Shown: positions 56,319 to 64,000 of the stretch, piece after piece
Position numbering within the stretch: position 1 is the stretch's first letter
Layout of the letters: each line of letters opens with the position of its first letter
Source of the DNA: Candidatus Latescibacterota bacterium
GTDB taxonomy: Bacteria; Latescibacterota; UBA2968; UBA8231
Direction of reading: 5' to 3'
DNA length: 64,000 nucleotides
Assembly (NCBI GenBank): GCA_965203355.1
Contig: OZ241889.1
Span: forward strand, 384,001 to 448,000
The notes under the pieces: generated by a model
Told to the model about the DNA's origin: nothing
The model's database searches: none
The model's input: only the letters and a program-made list of their open reading frames with translations
Translations under genes and position numbers: made by a program

Positions 56319-56354
56319 AGTGCCCCGTCTCTGCTTGGTCAGGGACGGGGTACT
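56319..56354. other. Strong intergenic hairpin between pdxS and pdxT
   Basis: agtgccccgtctctg-cttggt-cagggacggggtact forms a 15-bp stem with two G-U pairs. Confidence 0.6.
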
Positions 56355-56362
56355 CTTGTGAT

Positions 56363-56932
56363 ATGATTGGAATTTTGGGATTACAGGGCGACTACGCGGC
56401 CCACGGCAAAATGCTCGACGCCTTGGCCGTCGAATCCCACGTGGTCAAAAAGCCGGAGCAGTTGTCCGCCATCGACGGACTGATTTTCCCCGGCGGCGAA
56501 AGCACGACGCTAATTAAGCTGATGGACTCTTGGGATTTCTGGGTACCACTGCGGGACTTCGCCGCGGCCGGCAACCCCATTTTTGGCACCTGCGCCGGCA
56601 TGATCCTGTTGGCCAAAGGCGTCTCCAGCCCGCCGCAGAAGTCCCTCGGCCTGATCGACATCGACGTCGAGCGCAACAGCTATGGCCGCCAAGTCGATAG
56701 CTTCGAGGGGACGGGCGTTTGGGCGGCGGATGAGCAGCCGCGAGCGCTGCCGATGATTTTTATCCGCGCCCCCCGCATCGCGCGGCTGGGCGACGCGGTC
56801 ACAGCACTGGCGACCTGCGGCGACGATGTGGTCGCGGCGCGCCAAGGCCAAGTGCTCGTCGCCTCGTTCCATCCCGAACTAACCAGCGATTTGAGCATCC
56901 ATCGCTATTTCGTCGATATGGTTGGGTGCTAG
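56363..56932 (+). CDS. pdxT: Pyridoxal 5'-phosphate synthase glutaminase subunit
   Basis: Motifs GILGLQG, PGGESTT, GTCAGMI, RNSYGRQ and FHPE. Confidence 0.96.
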   Translation: MIGILGLQGDYAAHGKMLDALAVESHVVKKPEQLSAIDGLIFPGGESTTLIKLMDSWDFWVPLRDFAAAGNPIFGTCAGMILLAKGVSSPPQKSLGLIDIDVERNSYGRQVDSFEGTGVWAADEQPRALPMIFIRAPRIARLGDAVTALATCGDDVVAARQGQVLVASFHPELTSDLSIHRYFVDMVGC

Positions 56933-57651
56933 GCAAAGGGAAAGGTGCCGTTGTACCCCCTAGGCCGCGACACGTGCCAAATGCCTTCGTACATCGGCGT
57001 CATCTGGTAGTGACACACTACATTGCTGCGCTCCATGTCGTCGCGCTCCTTGGCCCCCTGATGCGGTATGTGGCTCAAAAAGACGACGCAGTCGCCCGCT
57101 TTGGGATAGAGGACGACGTGCGGCTGGGCCTCGCACCAAGCCTCGAACTTGGGGCGGTCCATGGGGTAGAGATGGGGCGGCTCTCGCAAATGGCCGTTTT
57201 CGACGTATTTGAGGTGGCCATCGCCCGGCCCGTTGTCCTGTAGGTAATAGGTCGCATTGATCCCTACGGGCTGGGCCGCCAAGCGGTGTTGCTCAACTTG
57301 GCGCTTTTCCTCCCAATAGCCGTAGAAATCCATGTGCCACTCCTGTAGGTAAGGCCCCGGATTGATGTGCGCCCGCAGGCTGCGTAGCTGGCATTGCTTG
57401 CCCATCATGCCCTCCAGATAAGGGCGCACACTCGGATGGCACACCAAGGGGGCGAAGGTTTCAGGCTCGCGGTCCAAGAGCGAATCAAACCACATATTGC
57501 CCACGGCGTTCAAGCCCTCCTCCCAACCCATTTCGCGCGCGTGGGCTACCCGCTGCCGCACCAATTCCGTCTCTTGGGGACTCAAGGCCCCTTCGATTAA
57601 GACGTAGCCGTCGCGCTCCAACTGGTCCAGTTTATCTGCCATATTCTGCAT
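56929..57651 (-). CDS. Phytanoyl-CoA dioxygenase (PhyH) family protein
   Basis: Motifs DGYVLIEGAL, WHMD, YYLQD and AGDCVVFLSHIPH. Confidence 0.82.
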   Translation of the reverse strand: MQNMADKLDQLERDGYVLIEGALSPQETELVRQRVAHAREMGWEEGLNAVGNMWFDSLLDREPETFAPLVCHPSVRPYLEGMMGKQCQLRSLRAHINPGPYLQEWHMDFYGYWEEKRQVEQHRLAAQPVGINATYYLQDNGPGDGHLKYVENGHLREPPHLYPMDRPKFEAWCEAQPHVVLYPKAGDCVVFLSHIPHQGAKERDDMERSNVVCHYQMTPMYEGIWHVSRPRGYNGTFPFA

Positions 57652-57782
57652 TGTTATTAGTCTCCTTTGTGAGCCGGCCCTTGGAAAGGGTTGTCGCATA
57701 CTCGGGCCAAGTTAGAGCGCGGCACCTGATGGAGCAAGCTCAGGCGACTGCTTCTTTCCTCACTCGCTTCGGCGGTGGACTA

Positions 57783-58724
57783 CTACGGTTTCTGCGCACC
57801 GTTCGTCTCGACGTACACCGAAAACAGCGACTGCGAACAGGTTATAAACAGCCGGTTCTTTTTCTCGCCGCCAAAGCAGAGATTAGCGCAGGGTGCTGGC
57901 AGGTGAATCTTGCCGATCAAGGTGCCGTCGGGCGCAAAACAATGCACGCCATCGTACCCCTCGCCGCCCCAACAAGCCCCCGACCACAAGTTGCCATCCA
58001 CATCGGTGCGGACCCCGTCTGATGAGCCAGGCTCCATGTCCGCGAACACGCGCCCGTTTGTGAGGCGGTCGCCGTGGACATCGAAAACGCGGATGTGGGT
58101 GGGGTATGCGGGGCCATCGGAGCGACCGGTATCGACGATGTAGAGCAGCGACTCATCCGGGCTGAAGCAGAGGCCGTTTGGCCGCTGGAAGTCTCCGGTC
58201 ACCACCGTCGCTTCCCCGGTGTCCGGGTCGAGACGGTACACATTAGCGGCATTCTCAAACGCATCCCGATGCCCCTCGTAGTCCAGCAGAATGCCGTACC
58301 CAGGGTCTGTGAACCAGATCGATCCATCCGACTTCACCACGATGTCGTTGGGGGCGTTCAACGGCTTGCCCTCGAACTGGTCCATCAACACCGTAATTGA
58401 ACCGTCGTATTCCGTCCGCGTGACTCGACGCGCGTCGTGCTCGCACGACAACAATCGCCCTTGGCGATCGCGCGTGTTGCCGTTGGTGTTGTTCGATGGC
58501 TTGCGAAAGACCGAGACATTCCCGGTTGCTTCTTCCCACTTGAGAATGCGGTTGTTGGGGATGTCGCTGAACAGCAGATAGCGGCCGTCGCCAAACCACG
58601 CCGGGCCTTCGAGCCAGCGGCCTCCGGTCCAGAGCATTTCAAGGGCGGCATTGGCCAACTTGTACTGGGCGAAGCGCTCGTCGAGCACCTCAATGCGGCG
58701 GTCTGGATACCTCACAATTTCCAT
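57783..58724 (-). CDS. SMP-30/gluconolactonase family protein
   Basis: Motifs LEGPAW, FSDIPNN, NGN, NAPND, PNGL, SDG and ANLCFGG. Confidence 0.9.
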   Translation of the reverse strand: MEIVRYPDRRIEVLDERFAQYKLANAALEMLWTGGRWLEGPAWFGDGRYLLFSDIPNNRILKWEEATGNVSVFRKPSNNTNGNTRDRQGRLLSCEHDARRVTRTEYDGSITVLMDQFEGKPLNAPNDIVVKSDGSIWFTDPGYGILLDYEGHRDAFENAANVYRLDPDTGEATVVTGDFQRPNGLCFSPDESLLYIVDTGRSDGPAYPTHIRVFDVHGDRLTNGRVFADMEPGSSDGVRTDVDGNLWSGACWGGEGYDGVHCFAPDGTLIGKIHLPAPCANLCFGGEKKNRLFITCSQSLFSVYVETNGAQKP

Positions 58725-58930
58725 GTCATATTCCCGAGCATCCATGCCTCTGCGGATCGACGCTTGTCGCCGGTGGGCTACATAGCATAATAGACTTTTG
58801 TCTGGGCGGCAATGGACGGGCGGCTTGACAGCAAAGGGGGGGTCGTGGAATTTGAAGTGCATGTCAATTTTTTGGGAAAGAGCCGCTCAGTTCGCAGTTC
58901 AGTGGAACTAAGTGACGCGGAGTGCGAATT

Positions 58931-59137
58931 GTGAGCAAGTGCTACAAAGCCGGAGTCATCGGGCGCACGGGTGCTGGTGGCTACGGGCTGGACACCGTTT
59001 ACCGGAACTTGGAGCAAGTAGATTTAGTCGCCGTGGCCGCCCCCGAGGGCCGTGGAGCGCACAGGTGTCCAACGGCTCTACGCCGACTAGAGGCGATTGA
59101 TTGGGAATACGGTGAAGAAACTGATTCCTTAAAATAA
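58931..59137 (+). pseudogene. N-terminal remnant of a Gfo/Idh/MocA oxidoreductase
   Basis: YKAGVIGRTGAGGYGLDTVY..LEQVDLVAVA is a Rossmann-fold start, after which the sequence degenerates. Confidence 0.55.
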
Positions 59138-59151
59138 GAAAATGGAGTCCT

Positions 59152-59901
59152 ATGTCCGAATGGTTTGAAAACGAAGACTTCTGGACGGAAATGTATCCCT
59201 ATATGTTCCCAGAAAAGTGCTTTGAATCTGCCGAGGAGGAGGTCGACAAGATTCTTTCGCTAGTAGAGTTCAGTGGGACACATATCCTCGATCTATGTTG
59301 CGGCCCCGGCCGACATTCCACGGTCCTAGCGGAGCGAGGGTTTTCCGTAACGGGCGTTGATTCTACAGCGTTTCTACTGCAAAAAGCTAGGGCGCGAGCA
59401 AGCGATCAGAAATTAGACATTGCGTTTGTGCAGGCTGACATGCGTCGCTTTGTGCGATCTGCATCGTACGACTTGGTGCTCAACATGTTTACGTCCTTTG
59501 GCTATTTCGATGACAAGGACGAGGATCTGCGAGTGCTCAGCAATACTTACGAGAGCCTCAAACCTGGGGGAATCCTCGTAATGGATCTGATGGGTAAAGA
59601 GTGGTTGGCCAAGGTATTTGCTGCGACCTTCTCGGAGGCGCATCCCGATGGAACATTGCTCGTTCAACGTCGAGAGATATTCGATGATTGGACAAGGATT
59701 CGAAACGAGTGGCACCTGATCCGGGATGATCAGGTGCGATCGTTCAAGTTTCACCACACATTGTACTCTGGCCAAGAACTGAAGGATCGTCTCTTGCAAG
59801 CTGGGTTTAGTACTACGAAACTATATGGAGATTTGGAAGGCAGTGCCTATGGGAGCAGTTCAAAGCGGCTGATTGCCCTTGCACACAAAGAGGCATCGTG
59901 A
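59152..59901 (+). CDS. Class I SAM-dependent methyltransferase
   Basis: Motifs ILDLCCGPGRH, GVD, ADMR, NMFTSFGYF and LKPGG. Confidence 0.9.
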   Translation: MSEWFENEDFWTEMYPYMFPEKCFESAEEEVDKILSLVEFSGTHILDLCCGPGRHSTVLAERGFSVTGVDSTAFLLQKARARASDQKLDIAFVQADMRRFVRSASYDLVLNMFTSFGYFDDKDEDLRVLSNTYESLKPGGILVMDLMGKEWLAKVFAATFSEAHPDGTLLVQRREIFDDWTRIRNEWHLIRDDQVRSFKFHHTLYSGQELKDRLLQAGFSTTKLYGDLEGSAYGSSSKRLIALAHKEAS

Positions 59902-59964
59902 GTCCGCGCCCGGCTGCCCACCCAACCCTGAGCCACGTGCCCTATCGCTCCAAGCAGAAGTGAG

Positions 59965-60738
59965 ATGATAATGACACGCGAAAGTGAGTTAATAGAATCT
60001 GAATACGACAAGGCCGGCGATTTCTATGTCAACTGGCTCGACAAGAACGCGCCCGACCGGGATACACAGATCCAGCCGCCGATAGAAATCATGCTGGCTA
60101 TGCTAGGCGATGTCCAAGGGACCAACGTTTGTGACTTGGGGTGTGGTGAAGGGTATCTGTCTCGTATCCTTGCAAGTCGCGGGGCATTCGTTACGGGCAT
60201 TGACACCTCCCGGATTCTATTGCGGTACGCCAGGGAGCATTCAAATCAGCTCGGCATCACATATGTTCTAGACGATGCCCAATCAATGAATCAGATATCC
60301 GACGCCAGCATGGATGCTGTGATTTGTAACATGGCCCTGATGGATATACCGGACCTAACGGCAACATTTTCGAGTGTCCGTCGGGTGCTGGTCGCCGGTG
60401 GCAAGTTCGTCTTCTCGATTCTTCACCCGTGCTTTTTCACCCCATTCAATGCAGAGAATCCACCGGAAGATCTCGACGACGAAGGGAATTTCAAGGCATT
60501 GCGCGTTACGCGGTACGGCCTTGAAGGCAAGTGGTTCTCAGGTGGGAACGGGATGTGCGGCACGCTTGGCAGCCACCACCGCACCCTATCAACGTACCTC
60601 AATACTTTGTCCGCCAGTGGATTCCAACTTGAGGAGGTTTCTGAACCGCTTGCTCCCGTTTTAGAAGCGACCGCGAAATGCCGAGAGAGCACCATACCGA
60701 CACTCTTAATTACCGAATCAACTGCTCTAGCAACCTAG
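59965..60738 (+). CDS. Class I SAM-dependent methyltransferase
   Basis: Motifs CDLGCGEG, GID, NMALMDI, FSILHPCF and HRTLSTY. Confidence 0.9.
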   Translation: MIMTRESELIESEYDKAGDFYVNWLDKNAPDRDTQIQPPIEIMLAMLGDVQGTNVCDLGCGEGYLSRILASRGAFVTGIDTSRILLRYAREHSNQLGITYVLDDAQSMNQISDASMDAVICNMALMDIPDLTATFSSVRRVLVAGGKFVFSILHPCFFTPFNAENPPEDLDDEGNFKALRVTRYGLEGKWFSGGNGMCGTLGSHHRTLSTYLNTLSASGFQLEEVSEPLAPVLEATAKCRESTIPTLLITESTALAT

Positions 60739-60889
60739 GTCTTTTTTCAGCAATACTCTCGTCAGGTCCTCATTGTGTAACAACACATTTCGCGTTCACG
60801 GCACAATTGTTGTTAGTTCAAGAAATTGCGTATTGGAGTTCAATAAACAGTTGCGAGTGGAGTCGCTTAATTTGGAAAGGAGCTCGAGG

Positions 60890-61603
60890 ATGATAAAGCG
60901 CAGTCTCAGCCTTTTGGCTTTGTTGTGCGGTCTGGTGGGGAGCGTCCATGCCCAGTCCGCGGAAAGACAAGTTGCACAGAGTCTGGTGCGTACCATTGAG
61001 ATGAAGTATTTGCTGTATTTGCCACCTGCTTATGACAGCAGCGAAGAACAATGGCCGTTGCTCTTGTTCTTGCACGGAGCAGGCGAGCGTGGAGACGACC
61101 TCCAGCTAGTGAAAGCCCACGGTCCGCCGAAAATGATAGCGCAGGGGAGGGATTTTCCCTTCGTGGTCGTCTCGCCGCAGTGTCCAAAGGATGCGTGGTG
61201 GTCCGTGGACGCGCTGCACGATCTCCTAAACGAGATCGTTGAGACCCATCGCATTGATACGGCTAGGATCTACGTGACCGGCTTGAGTATGGGGGGATAT
61301 GCGACGTGGGGACTTGCCTGTACCTATCCCGAGCGGTTCGCGGCCGTCGTTCCCATATGCGGGGGGGGCGATCCAGAAAAAGCACCCTTAATGAAAGGGG
61401 TGCCGACCTGGGTTTTCCACGGCGCGAAAGACGAGGCCGTGCCGTTGCAACAATCGCAGGCGATGGTCGATGCGCTCAAGGCGGCCGGGAGCGACGTCCT
61501 CTTTACCGTGTATCCTGAAGGGGGCCACGTGGAGGCGTGGCAAAACGCCTACAGCGATCCCGACCTGTGGGCGTGGTTGGCAAAGCAGCGGCGGGCCAAG
61601 TAA
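60890..61603 (+). CDS. Secreted alpha/beta hydrolase (phospholipase/carboxylesterase-type)
   Basis: Signal peptide, PLLLFLHGAGE, TGLSMGG (GxSxG), FHGAKD and GH. Confidence 0.88.
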   Translation: MIKRSLSLLALLCGLVGSVHAQSAERQVAQSLVRTIEMKYLLYLPPAYDSSEEQWPLLLFLHGAGERGDDLQLVKAHGPPKMIAQGRDFPFVVVSPQCPKDAWWSVDALHDLLNEIVETHRIDTARIYVTGLSMGGYATWGLACTYPERFAAVVPICGGGDPEKAPLMKGVPTWVFHGAKDEAVPLQQSQAMVDALKAAGSDVLFTVYPEGGHVEAWQNAYSDPDLWAWLAKQRRAK

Positions 61604-61659
61604 AGACGCGACCTCTAGCCTACGGCAGGTCCAGTCCTGTTTGCAAAGCGGGCGCCGAA

Positions 61660-63654
61660 TCAAGGCAATATGGCTTCTATTTCTACTTGGCCCTCGTCCC
61701 AAACCACCGTGCCCGCACCCATTTCAGCTAGCTCGACGACATCGCCGGGCACCTCCAACCTCAACGAGGTCATCCCGCTTCCGCTATAGGCGGCAACATA
61801 CCTTTTGCCCCCCGGGCAAGCGCAGAGCCATACCGGCCCCTTATCGCAGGTGAGCGTGGCGTCGCCGATGGAAACCTGTCCAGAAGTGCTCTGGCGGACG
61901 TAGGGCGACTCGTGCATGGGCCAGCCCAAGGAGCCGTCTTGCGTCCAACGCCGCTTTAGCGACCACTCATACAAATCGACTTCAATGCCGAGTACGCGGT
62001 CGTCGCGGGCGTACTCCACGCGGAGCGGGCGCTCGCTACCTGCGGTATAGGTGGCGGACGGGGCCGCCTCGTCGATGAGTGTGCCGCGCGCTACCTCGGC
62101 GGCAAAATCGGCACCGCTGACGTAGGCGGTGCGCTCGGCCAGTTCGGCATAGAAGCCACAGCGGGGCTGGCCTTGGTAAAAGGAGCCGGGCTTGGCCATT
62201 TCCCAGAAAGTCTTGGCCGGTCCCGTGTAGTTGTACATCGCCAGGGCCAAATGACCGTCCAGTTCGACCAAGCGGATGGGGGCACCGCCGCCCAGATCGG
62301 TCCGTTCGAGCGGCAGAACAGCCGTCCACAGGGCACCGCTGCCGACGACGACCACCTCGCCCTGGGGCACTGCCGCCGGCAGCGAATCTACGGCGTGCTG
62401 GCCGACCCAGATCTCATCAACCCGCTCGACCTCGGTCCACACGAGCACGGCTTTGGCACTGGTGCGCCGCGTCCAAGCGTCTAGCCCGCGCGGAGCGTAG
62501 AGGCCGATGGCGCGACCCCGCTCGTGTACGCCGTAGAAGTGGCCTTCTTCGGGAACGACCTGTCCGGGCGCACGCGACGGTGTCGTCTGGAAGCTGAGCC
62601 ACTGGTCGTCGAGTATGTAGCGCGAAAAAAGTACGCCGCAGGGCGCGCCATCCGCGCGCCGGTACTGCGCGTGAAACACGCTGGACTGCAAGGCGATAAA
62701 GATGACTTCCTGAGTCTTCAGTTCGCAGGAAGCTACCCCCAAGCAGAAAGAGGGACTGTGATAGGTACTCAGCACCACGGGCTCTTCGCCGTGCGCTGTT
62801 TCGTCTATCTGCTGCGGCACGTTAGGGCGCTGCAACAGGTCGCCGATCCACGCGGGGAGTTGCCCGCCATCCAACCACGTGCGCACGTCATCAGCGTTAA
62901 AGGCGTTGGCGTTGAAGACGGCATGGCTATAGACGCGGCTGAAGGGGCCGGCCCAGCAACCGATGCTAGGGTGTACGTGTAACGCCGCAGAAAGGCCGAG
63001 GCGCGCGAGCATGGTGCGGGCGCGGATGCGGGTGTGTTCGTCCTCTGTCAGTTCGGCCAAGCAGGCCAACACGCGCACGGCAACAGAAGCGTAGTTGGGG
63101 CTATTGTACTCGGCCGGCAGGCCATAGGTGTCCACGTGCGCCATCCAGCGCACCAGTTTTTCCCGGCCGCGCTGGCCGATGGTATCATCGCCCAACAACT
63201 GGCCGCCGAGGCAGGAGTTTGTGATGTCTTTGAGGACGATGTTGGTATAGGCTGGGGCCACGTCAATGCGCGCGATTTCCTCCAGGCCCAACGCGATGGC
63301 GCGGCGCATCGCGGCGACCAAATCCGCGGGAAGGGCGTCTGATGCTTTGCACAGCACGGGAATGCAGTAAAAGAGCACGAACTGCACGGCATTGAGATCT
63401 TCGACGACTTTGTCTTCCCGCTCCCAGCGAAAATTGCCGCGGTGCGGGTCTGTGTTCCGCACTTCTTGGCAGGCGAGCACCGCGCGAAAGATGGCGGCGG
63501 CTTCGGCGATGGCGGCGGGTGCGCGGCTGGCCATCAGTTCAGCGGCTAGTCCCGCCGAGGGTACGGTGGAGTGAAAGATGTGCCCGCACACCTGATGAGT
63601 TATCATATGTGCTTGGGCGTCGTAATGTTCGGGTAGGGCTAGCGGTGATGGCAA
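61660..63654 (-). CDS. Conserved hypothetical protein (helical N-half, beta-rich C-half)
   Basis: 664-aa ORF with RBS gagga and motifs GNFRW, YTNI, EYNSPNY and GPFSRVY. Confidence 0.6.
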   Translation of the reverse strand: MPSPLALPEHYDAQAHMITHQVCGHIFHSTVPSAGLAAELMASRAPAAIAEAAAIFRAVLACQEVRNTDPHRGNFRWEREDKVVEDLNAVQFVLFYCIPVLCKASDALPADLVAAMRRAIALGLEEIARIDVAPAYTNIVLKDITNSCLGGQLLGDDTIGQRGREKLVRWMAHVDTYGLPAEYNSPNYASVAVRVLACLAELTEDEHTRIRARTMLARLGLSAALHVHPSIGCWAGPFSRVYSHAVFNANAFNADDVRTWLDGGQLPAWIGDLLQRPNVPQQIDETAHGEEPVVLSTYHSPSFCLGVASCELKTQEVIFIALQSSVFHAQYRRADGAPCGVLFSRYILDDQWLSFQTTPSRAPGQVVPEEGHFYGVHERGRAIGLYAPRGLDAWTRRTSAKAVLVWTEVERVDEIWVGQHAVDSLPAAVPQGEVVVVGSGALWTAVLPLERTDLGGGAPIRLVELDGHLALAMYNYTGPAKTFWEMAKPGSFYQGQPRCGFYAELAERTAYVSGADFAAEVARGTLIDEAAPSATYTAGSERPLRVEYARDDRVLGIEVDLYEWSLKRRWTQDGSLGWPMHESPYVRQSTSGQVSIGDATLTCDKGPVWLCACPGGKRYVAAYSGSGMTSLRLEVPGDVVELAEMGAGTVVWDEGQVEIEAILP

Positions 63655-63814
63655 GATGAGTTCCTCGGTGAAGGGGTAAAAAGTAGCGTATCACTCAATA
63701 GAAAGGAAAGGAATCGCACTGATAGCTAAAGCAGTCCGAGGCGGTCGGCATGGGCCTGTTGCCCGCAGTGCTTGCCGGAGAAAGCGTCTTGACGACAGGT
63801 TTGGGACGTACCTT

Positions 63815-63960
63815 AGAAGCCTTTTTAAGATTCTTCTTATTGCCCTTTGCGTCAAAAAAGAACCTAGTAGCAATGGAGTCCCGCCCACGGAAAACGCCCG
63901 ACCCGGGAGCCGCTTGACTGCCCGTTGAAGTAGTCCGACGAGAATTTTAAAAACGCTTCT
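63815..63960. mobile_element. Solo MITE-like element (146 bp)
   Basis: TTAGAAGCCTTTTTAAGATT ... AATTTTAAAAACGCTTCTAA terminal inverted repeat (18 of 20). Interior is homologous to 28795-28940. Confidence 0.82.
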
Positions 63961-64000
63961 AATACAAACAGGAGGTTTTGATGACATGAGTGTCAAAAAA

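Noticed and set aside
60803-60818. Third sigma54-like site (GGCACAATTGTTGT)
   Set aside because: The invariant -12 GC is replaced by GT.
63970-64000. Start of a further CDS (AGGAGG, then ATG at 63986)
   Set aside because: Only five codons fall inside the window, so no product can be assigned.

Overview
High-GC, gene-dense bacterial chromosome segment with about 55 CDS and one tRNA-Glu(TTC). No rRNA, CRISPR array or integrase is visible. The gene content suggests a Latescibacterota/Gemmatimonadota-like heterotroph, possibly sponge-associated (inference only): FlgD-Ig 'PNPFN'-tailed secreted proteins, many enolase-superfamily, PhyH, lactonase and sulfatase paralogs, and an Rpn nuclease. The backbone is metabolic. 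It includes a DUF1365-cfa-DUF1295-methyltransferase lipid cluster coupled to a TonB receptor, ferritin, a NagB/deacetylase fusion, mtnP, a nuclease-DinG helicase followed by modABC, a sulfatase/lyase/GH88/dehydratase block, acnA, ubiD, an amidase and pdxST. Small integrase-free defence/toxin-antitoxin (TA) islets are interspersed: (i) a Panacea (DUF4065) TA pair bracketed by a 142-bp direct repeat of the 3' end of a neighbouring enzyme gene; (ii) an Rpn gene with an internal RBS/ATG for a small C-terminal antitoxin and a sigma54-like promoter; (iii) a lone HsdR_N nuclease beside an orphan FlgD tail; (iv) a cluster of damaged PemK and HigBA-type TA genes. Other notable items are a ~146-bp MITE family (tandem copies and a solo copy), a DUF455 ferritin-like/ATP-grasp fusion, a half-length GlnE, and a mosaic secreted metalloprotease-WD40-Ig protein with an upstream G14 tract. 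All calls come from motif recognition by eye; no database searches were run.
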